DNA of 64,000 bases from Euglena gracilis (Eukaryota), in the NCBI GenBank assembly GCA_039621445.1, contig CP154954.1, positions 33,147,455 through 33,211,454 on the forward strand, written 5' to 3'. This document shows, piece after piece, positions 24,501 to 36,500 of the stretch (the stretch's first letter is position 1; every line of letters starts with the position of its first letter). Below the pieces are notes generated by a model. That model was not told the origin of the DNA and searched no databases. It worked only from the letters and a program-made list of their open reading frames with translations. A program made the position numbers and the translations under genes.

Positions 24501-27500
24501 GGACAATGTTCCAGCGATCCAGCGATTCCAGAAAGCTTTTTTTCCCAATAGTTGGCTTGTTTTTGCCGAGATTTTATGTTTTGCATTTTTTCTCAGTTGC
24601 ATTTTCCAGAGTGATTTTTCTTCGGGTTGTTTGAGGAATTTTAAAGGCATTTCTCAAAAAGCATCCTGGTTTGTCCTCACAGGAGGCTACGACAGTTGGG
24701 CGTGACGCAGTTCTGCTACACGCTCTTCGACTGGGTTGCGGTGGTGCACCTCCTCCCCACCCTCCTGACGTGGCGGTGCTACGACCTCCTGCTGAACCTG
24801 TGGGAGTGGTGGGGTCAGGTGTGCAGATCCCCTGCTTCCCACTGCTGTTTTTTACGCGTATGTGTGTGTATTTGTAATTTTTTTTCCTTTTTTGTTCCTT
24901 GTCACCTGGAAGTTTATCCACAGACATTCCTCCAAGATTTGCATGTGTTTGCCAGAGATCCTATTTTCGGGTCTTTCCGCTGGTGTTCTGTGTTTGTTTT
25001 TCTGCCTGCCTGCCTGCGCCGCCGCCTCCTCCTATCCCCCGTGGCAGGAGCCGGGCTACAACCACAACCTCCGCTGGCAGTGCATCGTGCAGTTCTGGCT
25101 CGCGGTGCTGGACGTCCCATTCGTCGTGATGGCCCTCTGCATCCTGCCACCTGGGGCGGAGCCACCCCTCCCACAGCCCACCCATGCCTGCCAGCCTGCC
25201 ACAGTCCTCCCTTGCAGTTACCTGCAGCACCCCGGCTCTGCCCCTGCGCTGTGCCCCTGGGAGGCCGTCCTGTTCTTCCTTGAGGCCCGGCGCCGGTCCC
25301 GCCAGCACGAGCGGCACCAGGACAACCTGACGCCGTCGTTCCGCCCCCTCATCTGGAAGTATTTCTGCCACACGGTGTGCACCCCCTGTCCCCACCAGAC
25401 AATTGCTTAAGCACTGGCCGACCTTCCCCCCCCCCCCGGGGGGTGACTGGTTTTTTCGATTGACTGACTGGTTTTTAGCCTGGACCCCCTCCCCCCTCGG
25501 GGGGGGGGGGTCGGCAAAAAACCACTAAAGTGACCCGGCGCCGAAGGTGACGGAAAATGTTTGGCCTTTTTTCCACGTTTTTGGTCAAATTTTCTTTGGA
25601 TTCCAGAGTGGCTGACCCCCCAGGGGGGGGGGGGTAGTGACTGACTGGTTTCCCGAAAAAAAGTGATTGACTGGTTTTTCAAAAAGTGGAGGTGACCCCC
25701 CCCGAGGTCGGTAAAAAATTGTGTGGTCCCCACCCTAACAGCCATGTGGTGTCCGCCGCGGAGGGGTGGTCGTGCGTGTGTTGCATCTCCTGATGGGATG
25801 CCGCCTCGAATTGGAACCCACCCAGGGCAACCTCACACCTCAGCAGTGAATGGCCATTTGGGCCAATTTTGCGGCACTATGCCTGCCACCCCAAACAGAC
25901 AGAACCCCAAATTCCCAAAGGTTCCAAAGCACCCAAGGCTTTTTTTTTGGAATCTTGGGTTTGGGGGACACGGCCGGGGGCTACAGGGGTCAGGGGGCCA
26001 CCTCAGGGGTTTTCCCTGCGGGCATGTGTGTTGGAGAACGGGGGGACTGCGGTGGAAACAACTCGCAAAGTGCTGGAAAACGGTTCCCTTCCAGTGTTGG
26101 GACATACGTGCGCGCGCGCACACACACACACACAGACAGACACACACACACACACAGACACACACACACAGACAGACACACACACACACAGACAGACAGA
26201 CACACACACAGACAGACACACACACACACACACGCACAGAGAAAGACACACACACACAGACACACACACAGACAGACAGACACACACACACACACACACA
26301 GACACACACAGAGACAGACACACACACACACGCACACACACACCGACAGACACACACACACACACACAACACACACACATCCCCAGGTGTTCGACGTCCT
26401 GCTGCTGCCCATCGCGCTGGTGCTGCTGCTGACGGGGTACCGCCTCCCCCGGGTGCTGGCCGAGGCGCGGGGCCCCTGGCGGGACGGAGAGCTGTTCCAG
26501 TGCAAGGCCATCGTGTTTTACCCTCCAGAGCCCGCCAGACCCACCGCCCAGCGGAACCCCCGAGGCTGCGGCTGGGCTGTACCCAACCACAGAAATGAGT
26601 TCGGGTCTGTGTAATATGTGTCCATATGTGTGCCTCGACACGCACATGTGCTGGTCTGGGTCCCGATGCGGATGAGTGTGCCAAGGCGTGCCGTGCCCCA
26701 GACCATCCCGGCGGGCCCTGCCGCCACTTCCTGGGCCTCGTGGCGCTGGACGTCCCGGCGGCGCTGTGCGGCATCGTGGTGGCCCTCACACTGTGGCGCA
26801 CGAGGGCGCTGCTGGAGGACCTGCAGGTGCTCCGCCGAGTCCTGTCCATCCCCCATGCAAGCCTTGCCGGTTAGTCGGCTTGTAAACCCCCAAATGTTTA
26901 GCCCCAAAATGTAAAGCCCCCCAAAAAACGAAGCCCCCTGGGGGGGTTTGGTTTTGCCGCCTGAATGATCGGGAAAAGCAGGGGGGAAATGGGTGGATAC
27001 AACAATTTTTTCACCATATATACTCCATTTTGGACAAAAACACGCTTTGGGAGGAAATAGGACGTAAACAACGATGGTATGCTTGCTATAAAGGAACTCA
27101 TCCCCACTGACGTCACAAATGCTTCGCAGCCTTAGAAACAGGCGGTCCACAAGGGACAGGAATGTATTTTTTTCTTTTAAGGGCCGCCCCTTAGAAACCA
27201 CCCTTGGGCCAAAGGCTTAGACAGCCGGGAATGCACTTTTCTTGTTGAGTCACAAAATTCTGGCAGTTTTATGAAAATGCGCATCCGCCCATTCCGGAAG
27301 CGGAGTGCGCAGGTGCGCATTCTGGATGGTTCTGTGCTTCTTCCAGACTGGGGTAAACACCACAAAATGAGCTGTTTGGATTTAACACAACCACAGGGAC
27401 CACCCCCTTGTATACTGCTTCAATTACGTATCATGCTGTTTACAACTGTTTCACGACGACTGTGGTACGGTACGCGGCTGGACACACACTCGACACACCA

Positions 27501-30500
27501 CATGACATGCGGAACACGGGCGACGTAGGCCAACCTGGACCTGGGTGTGCCTTGTGTTCACCGATGTGTGCTGATGGCTTCCGGGGGGCAGGGCCTAGTG
27601 AACCCAGGATGAGGGCTGCAGTGCGCCGTGTGGAATGCAAACAGCAGGCATCCCGAGGAGGGTAACAAGCCCTCCCCCACCAACATCTGGTGTGTATTTA
27701 AACACCCCCCCCGCCACCCTCTGAATGCACACCACACACACACATCAAACATTCGCTGGCGCTCCCCCCAGGCCCTGCTTCAAACACACGGCACAGAACG
27801 TCCCCTCCACTCTAAACAGAGAGACCACAGTGCCTCTTTCCCCCGGAGCCGCAATAACCGTCCAACACTTCAGGAAAAGGCTGGGGCGGGGAGGGGGGGT
27901 GAATGCGCTCCTGCGCATTCATTGGGAACCACAAAACAGGGGGGACAGCAACAGGTACAACGGCTTCACCTGACCAGGGTTCGTCCTCGTGAAACAGCGT
28001 TTTGTGTCACACCTCCTTTGGCATACGGGGTTTCTCCTTGGTCGGCGGAGGTGCTAAACCACTATTTTCAAAACGAAAAAAGTCGTTTCACCCAGGAAAA
28101 AACCCAGGGGTCGAAGCTGGCGGTACCCATTTTGGTACCCATCATGTTCATATATCGACGACCGTATCTTGGGCCACGCTTTGTATGAACCGTTTGACTC
28201 TCAACTGGTGCACCCAGGGAGAGAGATGACCTTGGGTTCTGTCTGAATGAGAGTGTCTGTCACACACGTCGACCCACCCCCCATTATTTTGCTCGTTTCA
28301 TACGCGACCCTGACCCATCCCCCCAACCGGCCCCCGTGGTCCAGGCCGCCGCGGGGGAGAGCGACGCGTGGCGGGGGGTCTGCCTGCGGCACTTCGGTGG
28401 GCTGCTCTTCGACCTGCCCTTCATGGCGCTGTTTGTGGCTCTGCTGCCGACCGGGTCTCCCCTCTCCCCAGGGCAGAACGGGAATCGGCCGAACAGCCAG
28501 GGTGGTGGGTGGGGGGGGGGGGGGTCAACCACCAGGCATTATTTTTAAGGCGAAATTTCTCAAATTTTTTAAGGCGTTTTTTAAGGTTTTTTAAGGTTTT
28601 TAAGATTTTTTAAGGCATTTTTTTCCTCAGGTAAAATGCCAGACCCCGAAGATGGCCCAATGGCTTCAGACTCCTCTGTGGCTTCGGAACGCCCAAGGAA
28701 GAGAGGGCGAAGGATGGGGATCAGGGCGGTCCATGAGGGACAGTTATTGTCAACATGCAAGCAAATATCCTGAATAGGGTCAGAAATTTAAAGTAATTGC
28801 AATGAATAAAAAATGGATGGTTTCGAGTTTGAGTTCGAGTTCGAGTTTGTTGAGCAATGTGTATGGCAGCACACTGCATGGGCACGCGTTTGGTATTGCT
28901 CACATGAAGAAGTTTGATTATTTTCTCGGTGTTAATGAGACTATCCGGTGTGGGTGCACGGCCGCATTGCGGGTCTGCAAATCCGCGATTGCAGTTCGGA
29001 TATCCACTGTGTCATTTTGCCACTGTTGTTGCAAATTCTCAATCCTACTTGCTATATTCGAGATTTTGGGTGTGAAAGCTTGCAAATTCAGCAGGAATTT
29101 ATCCACAATGGCAAGATTTCTGCTATAAACGAGAAATTCTTTCTTCCAACTGCTGCACATGAGTGCGGGGATCAAAACTTTCGCGTGCTTGGGCAAGAAA
29201 GTGGGAAAAATTCGCGGAATCACAGCTCAATTGGAGAACGCGCTGTTTCGCTTTTTGAAATGCTGTGGCAAGTGTGGGAAACTGCTCCAGCGTAGTAAAT
29301 TGTCCCAAATCGGTATTTTTTTGTTGTTCATGCAACTTTTGCTGCAATTGCACTTTTGAGCAATTTGGGTTGACTCCTCTACGAATGTCTCAAGTAATTC
29401 AAATCAAGAAAGATGTGGTTGCAAGTTTTACTTTTTCTGGCCGTGTGTCATAGCCTTTGGTGAACCGAGGCCAAACGAACTGTGCCAGAAACCTTGGCGA
29501 ACAATCCGGTTTTCATGTTGGTTGTTCACAACCAGGCTCCTTTTTAGTCAGAAGCCCCCCCCCCCTGGGGAGGGGGGGTGGGTGGGTGGGTCTGGGCCGG
29601 ACCCCCCCCCCTGGGGGGGTCCCGCGCCGGAGGCGCCGGGTATACCTTTTCGGCGCAAAGCGCCGAAATTTTGAAAATTGCCTTTAACGGGCCCGATTTT
29701 GGGGGGTCCCCGCCCCCCCCCCCCGGGGGGTCCCGCGCCACCCTGGGTGGGGGGGGGGGACCCCCCTCCCCCCCAGGGGTCTTAAAAAGAAGCCTGTTCA
29801 CAACTGCTTCTGCATTGACTGGCTTTATGCAGGGTTTCAGACATGCCATTATTTGTTTGGTGCAAGAAAAAATTTTCTCAGGGATAATTTTTAAGGTTTT
29901 TTAAGGTCATCACAGGGAAGAAAAACTTCCCCGGGGTGATTTTTTAAAGGTTTTTTCAGGTTTTTAAGGTTTTTTAAGGCATTTTGACAAAAAATTTAAG
30001 GTTTTTTAAGTTTTTTAAGGTTTTTTAAGGCGCCTTAAAAAATAATAATGCCTGTCGACCACCCCCTCCCCCCACCCCCTGCATGGTGGGTGGGGGGGGG
30101 GGTCGACCCCCCCACCACCTCTTCCCGTATTTCCGGGAGCACCAATTTTTGGACCCTAAAAAAATTTTCCGGTGCCTTCGGCGCCGGGTTTTTTTTTGAC
30201 CCATTTTGGGACCCATATCGGGGGTCCCCCCAAAAACCACCCAAACCCCCATTTTTTCACACCTTCCAAAAACTCAACATTTTCTCAAAATGTTGATTTT
30301 GAGAGGTTTTTGAAGCAAAAAAATGCCATTGAAAGTCCAAAAAAGTTCAACGAGAAAAATTGTCAGTAAAATTTGACTGTGCCAAAATTTTGTCCACTTT
30401 TTTTGACCTTCGTTTTTTTCACCCCCCTCCTAAAAAGTACCAGTTTTTAGGACGAAAATTTTGAGATTTTTTGTGAAAAAATGTGGTTTTCCATCAAAAA

Positions 30501-33500
30501 ATCATGTGTTTTGGGTTCATTTTTCAAAAAAAATTTCAAAAATCTTCCCGGCCAATACCCCTGTTTTCCCGAAATCACTGAAAATGCTGTGGTGGGGGGG
30601 GGTCGACCACCCCCCCACCAGGTCTTCCCGGTCTGCCCTGCCTCTCCCTGGGCCCTTCCCTTTGCACTGCAGGTGACCCAAGGATGTCAGACAGCTCTAG
30701 ACACAACTGGAGGGGGGGGCGTTAAGGCATTGACCCCAGCCCTGGGTCTATTCTTTCGGCCCAGGAAACACCCCCAGTGAGACGGGTGCCCAAGCCACGG
30801 AGCCAGCCAACCACTAACAAACGCTGACTTTCCCCAGCATTGAACCCTTGACCACGGCACAGTTGCTGCCTGCGCTTGAGACCGCTGTACCCCCCACACC
30901 CGCAGGTTTTATTTCGTGCGGTTGGCGCGGACGCTGGCCCGCCGCACCCGAGGCACCGCCGACCCCACGCCCCAGCTGGACCGGGTCGAGCTCCGCCCGG
31001 AGCCCCCGACCTGCGTCGAGGGGAAGTGCCCCCGCCTCTTCCTGACGGCCTCCAAGCCCCCGGGGCTGGCCTTCCAGTCCAGCTACCTCCACCTCGACGA
31101 CGTGTGCCCCTCTGTCCACTGCTCTTCAGCGCCCTGATTCCAATGCCCGTTGAACCCGGAGGTTTTTTTCAAAGTTTCCGACCCAGGGGAAGGGGGGGGG
31201 GCAGCAACCCCAGCTGAGGGTTCGGGCCGAGTCGGTACTCCCTCAGAAGGGGATTCTTAATTTCAATGCAAAACGCAGAAAATTTTTGTGCCCCAAATGA
31301 CCTCGTCAAAGCGGGTCGGTAAAACCCGAACGGTATTTTGTGCGCAGGCCGCCAACCGGGGCCTCTGGCATCGGCTGGGCCTCCTGGGGTACTACCCGAC
31401 TATACTGCGGGCGTTCCTGCCCCTCAAGCTGTGCCCGAAGTACGTCTGCGCCGGCGACTTCGTGGCGGGCAGCGCCACGGTGGCCACGGTGGTCAAGCTT
31501 CCAATGAGCCGGTACCCGCCCCCGCCATGCCTGGCAACTGAAGTGTCCCCTCTGCTTTCAAGAACTGCGGGTGGTGGGGGGTGTTTTTTTTTGGTCAATA
31601 AGGGACAGGATTCTTTTTTCCCCTCCAAACCGCCCTTAGGCTTAATACCCAGCCAATGACTGGTCCAGATGTGGAACGGTGTCGAAAAGTTTTAGCTCAA
31701 ATAATACATCTTTTGATGTTTTTGGTGGACGGGCGATCGTCCAAGGATGCCAGAAGTATTTTTTCCCGTGAAGTCGACCTATTTTAGCCTAATATAGCTG
31801 CACAGCCATTCTTCCATTCATCTGGTGGATTTTTCATTGAATGTGCTGGGATTTGGAGGTTTTTTTTTCAACTTTTGAAAACCGCCCTGCCTCAGGGGTT
31901 CTGCTGATTCATAAAAATTTCGTCGCAGCGTCGGATGTCAATTCCACTTTCGGGCTTTGAGGGAGCACTCCGGACTCTTTACCCTGACGTTTCTGGTGCT
32001 TTCAGCCAACCCCGTGAAATTCTGGGGGTTGTCCGGAACGCCTGGCGGGCGTGGAAGAAGCCCTGTCACCTGTCCCCTGACATTTTTCTTTTCCTGGGGC
32101 TGTCGCTATGTATTTGCCCCCGTGCACCCGCCTCCTGCCTCAGACACACCTTCTACGACGTGCTGTCCAAGCTGGAACGATCCGCCCAGGCCATGTGCTG
32201 CTGCATCGACGGAGAGAAGTTCCCAATTAGAAGCCCCCTCCCTCGGGTTTCCCGCAAAAAAAAAAATCCAAATAACAGCCCCCTCCAGGGCGGCCCAGCG
32301 CATTGGGCCGAAAATCGGACAGAAATGAAGGGAAAACTTACAATGTCTAGCCGACAAAGGGAAAAAAGTTGAAACCGGATATCCTTGGACCAACGCCCAT
32401 CCACCCAAAAGTTCAAAAGATACATTTTTTGGCTTTTTTTAATTTTTGTTTGATCCCCAGACCGGCCCCAGGCCATTTGGCCAAAGCAGAATAGAAGACG
32501 CCCCCACAGGCTTTCCACACTGTACTGTGATTGAACAGCAAACCCGGGAGGACTTATAGTTGGGGGGAGGGTTCTGTCCGGAGGAGGAAAGGAACCAGAA
32601 AACCAGCCGTTTCACCCTCCGAACGTTCTGGCGTCCTCCTCCATCGGGTGGAGGCCACCAGCGCCCAACCCAAACAGCTGATTCCAAATCCAAGTTCTTT
32701 GAGGCAAATACTTTTTAAAGCTTTCCTCTTCAAAAAAGAAAAGGAAATCCCCCCCTTTGGTGCCATCTTTTTCTGATGAACATCAGGCTTCGAAGTCGAC
32801 GCTCTCCTGAGCTTTGCCCGCCATTTTCTTCACCCAGGGGTTCCCCACAGAGCTGGATGACTGCCGGTTTGGGTTCTGGCGCACGGAATTTGGAATATGG
32901 GACCTGCCACAACCCCATTGTTCAATTGGAGGTGCGGTACGGCAGCGGGCAGGTGTGTCTGGGAATAGTTTCGCAGTCTGCAGTGTGTATCAAGCTCACA
33001 CATCTCGAAACGCATGTTTTAACAGAGTTGCTGCCAATACAAAGTACAAATGCCAATACAAACTTTTTCAAAACCACGGTTCGTTCAATGTTCCCGCGCC
33101 AAACAGAGGATAAGAGGTTGTTGGTTAGATTTGATTGGCTTGTGTGTCCGCAATTGCGCGCATGGACATCGTTTTGCTTCCTTTTGGGAGTGGAATGATC
33201 TGGCCAACCTGTCACAGAACTCAATTGGTGAGTGGCAGTCCCATTTGTTCCTTTTTCTTTCGATGAAGGAAAAGGGGCTTTTTTTTCAAGGGAGGGTGAG
33301 GGACCGTAGGTGGTCCCCACCTGAGCCACACCCCCAATGGATTGCGTGCAGGTGGACTGGGTATGTGTCCAGCCAAAGATTTCATTGGAAATAGTCAGCT
33401 CTGAAAGTGTTTAAACGGCGTTTTGAAATAAGTTTTATAAGGTTTCTCCTGGGGTCCACGTTTGGGGGGGGGGGGCGGTGAACAAAAGGTAAACGCAACA

Positions 33501-36500
33501 CAGAGCATTGTGTGTTACTTGTTCGTCCATAGTCCGGCAAATGATGGCAAACTAAATGATGGGGGAAAATGACAGGAAATAATGATGAGGAAAATCCCAA
33601 TCTTGGCAAAATCAACGATGAGAGAATTCAACACGTCTTCTAGTGGTGTTTTTTGTTATTCTTCATCACAAAACAAACCCAAAAAGGAATTCATCATAAC
33701 CCAGTTTTTTTTGCGTGTGTGAAACTCGAGCACCACTGAAACTGGCTCCTCCAAAGGGTGCAGAAAAGGTACGGGGTGAAAAAAACAACGAGAAAAATGA
33801 CGGGGAATATTGGGTGTTTCTGTTGTTTTTGTCCGGACTGCAAATGCCTCAGAAGAGTGTGAAAAGGGGCAGATCCTGTGCCCCCCTGGTCCGTGCACAA
33901 GTAAAGAATGGGTGCCCGCCCATGGCCCCCTCCCTGGCCGCCGCCCCAATGACACGCCCTGGCCCTCTGTCGCCCGTGCTGCCCCGCAGGGCACGCTGCT
34001 GGCGGTGCGGTTCACGGTCCAGGCCTACCTGGCCGCGGCGCGGGAGCAGCGGCCGCTGGCGTACTCGCTGCCGCCGCAGGCCGGGGCTGGCCCCCGCCCC
34101 ACCACCCGGCTGTGCGACGTGTTCCGGCGGGAGGTCGCCGCGGCGCAGGCGTTGTTTTTTTGAGGCGATAAATTTTTAAGTTTTTAGTTTTTTTGATGTT
34201 TCTTCTGGCGTTTTAAGTTCTTTTTTAAGTTTTTTACAATTTTCGAAGTTTGGTTTTCCAACGGCGGTTCAAGAGCCATCCGGGTTCCAAATGGCGTCCA
34301 AAATATATAAAAAAATGAAACCCCATTTTTTTGAGTTTCAGCAGAGAGAATCTTCTAGCGATGCCAGAATCCAATTTTTCCCCTGGAGTTGGCTTGTTTT
34401 TGCCGAGATATTCGACTTCATTTTCCTCGGTCTAAGAGAAATTTTGCCAGCCTAATTGTTCAAGATTTTTTTTATGTTATTTTCAGTCATGTTTGCCTTT
34501 TTTTTATTTTTTATTTTTTTGATCGTTTTTTGAAGCTTTGTAAAGGCGCCTGAAAAAAATGACGCCTGCCGCAGAGGTGATGGAGCTGCTGCTGGACGTG
34601 GTTGCCGTCTTTGGGCTGCTGTTGCACAGGCCCACCTGGCTACCCTGAACCCTGCCGCCCCCCCGCACGTCACCGGCACAGCACAGGCTGCGGGACGGCG
34701 CACAGTCGGTTCTAAGGGATTTCGGTTCGCCCCACCTAATTTGGCATGCACCATGCCACCTGCCATACACCTCAAAATGGGCTCGGCAGGGTGCAATGTG
34801 TGCTGAAATGGCTGGCCACCTCGTGGAGCCGGAAAAAAGGATGAAACTATTATATAAACTACGCTTAAAGTTAGTAGACCGATCTTTTTCGGCCGGACCC
34901 CCTGCAACGTTATTTGAGCAGTAGCCAAAACCATTGATGGGTTGATTGACCACTTTTCCCAAAGCAAATTGTGGCCAAATTCTGTTTTTTTTAAGAACTG
35001 TGACACAATTTAATGCTTCCAGTCATCAGACAACAGAACATTGTGGCGTTTGGGATGATTTTTGCTCTAACCTTCTCCTGATTCTCCAAAAAGATGCATC
35101 ATTTCCCCCATTTTTCTTTGTGAAGAGGGTGAACAAAATTTTTGGACGGATCCTTTTTGGCTTCCCATCTGCAGAGTTATTTGGGCACTGAAAAGTGATT
35201 GGGGGGGTCACCAACAATCTTGCAGACATGGTCAGTCGACGCCGTTTGTGTCTACCACTTGTTTGGATGTTCGCACCCATCCAACATAAAAAATTGGTCC
35301 TGAGACGGAGTCCTTCTTGCAGACGACAGGCAAAGCATTATTCCCCAGACAGGAAAAGGTGGCCTCCTGGGAGTGGCTCCGAAGCATAAAGTCCTGTGGA
35401 GTGTGGTGCATTTTTGAGAGTCACCCGGGACATGCACTGCTTGCGAACCCCATCGGTGGCCCTGGCCCCAGTCACCGCCAACCCCTTCCGGGCCTGGTGG
35501 GTGTGGTCGCGGTTCCGCAACGGTGAAGAGGTGTGCTCCCTGCCTGTAGAATCCTCTGAGAATCCTATTCTGGATCAAAAGTGGGTGGAGGGGGCAGATC
35601 GCGCGTTTCTCGGTCTTACATCCCAGACAAAAATGACAGGGGGGGGGAATGACAGGGGGAAAATGATGGGAATATTTCGATTTCAGAAAATTAATGATGG
35701 GCAGTTCAACTTGTCCATATAGCAAAAATTGGCGCCCCCACTAGCCTTAGTCAGGGGTGTTGGGGTGAACCCGAAAAAGAAAAATCCCGTCCGTGGCGCC
35801 CTTGTCCCCCAAGATACATGATGTGATGCTGTGGCGCGTGTATCTGTGTATGTATGTGCATATGGTGACAAAGCTATCGTCACATTACTGCCCCGGGCAT
35901 TGGCCAGCGCCTGCCCCCACAAACAGGCATTCCGCCTGCGGCGCGTGGCCAAGTGCCTCGCCTCCACGTTGCTGGAAGCCAGTCGACATCCGTGGCTGTA
36001 CGGCAACCTCGTGTGCCGGCTCGAAGGAAAGGTCCAACCCCCATTCCAGCGTGCTGTTTGTTCAAGCCAGTTGGAGGGGGGGGAGTCAGCTCATGACGAT
36101 AGCTGGCCTGTGGCGAAAAAAAAGTAAAAACCCCCCAAACATAAGACCCCCGGCTTTATATTTTGACGGGATTTCAACCCTCAGGGGGGGAGGGGGGCTT
36201 TATATTTGGGGGGGGGAACAAACTTTATTTGGATGGCCTCTATGACCTTCGGCGGCCTTTAATTGTGGAAAAATACAAGTTTATTCCAAATTTCCGTTTT
36301 GTACCTCCCATTTTCCGCAAAAATGGGCAATTATTATCCAAAATGAAGCATTTTTGGTGAAAAAAAATGCTGCATCCACCTAAAATTTTTCAACTTTTCC
36401 TGAATGACATCATCGTCTGGCTTCCCAGCAGGGGGGGCTTTATATTTGGGCGGCAAACCCATACGCATTTTTTTCCGACGCTGGGCCAGCGCACTTTCCC

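Larger units (their letters stand above)
28469..30640. mobile_element. Outer MITE of a nested stack
   Basis: TIR CAGGGCAGAACGGGAA / TTCCCGGTCTGCCCTG (15/16). Perfect TSD CCTCTCCC at 28461-28468 and 30641-30648. Confidence 0.9.

Noticed and set aside
30646-30672. Possible mini-exon created if the outer MITE were spliced as an intron
   Set aside because: Its GT donor is out of phase with the next exon, the junction base is C rather than a purine, and the GT-AG intron 28455-30905 already gives a good frame (PTG|FYFVRL).
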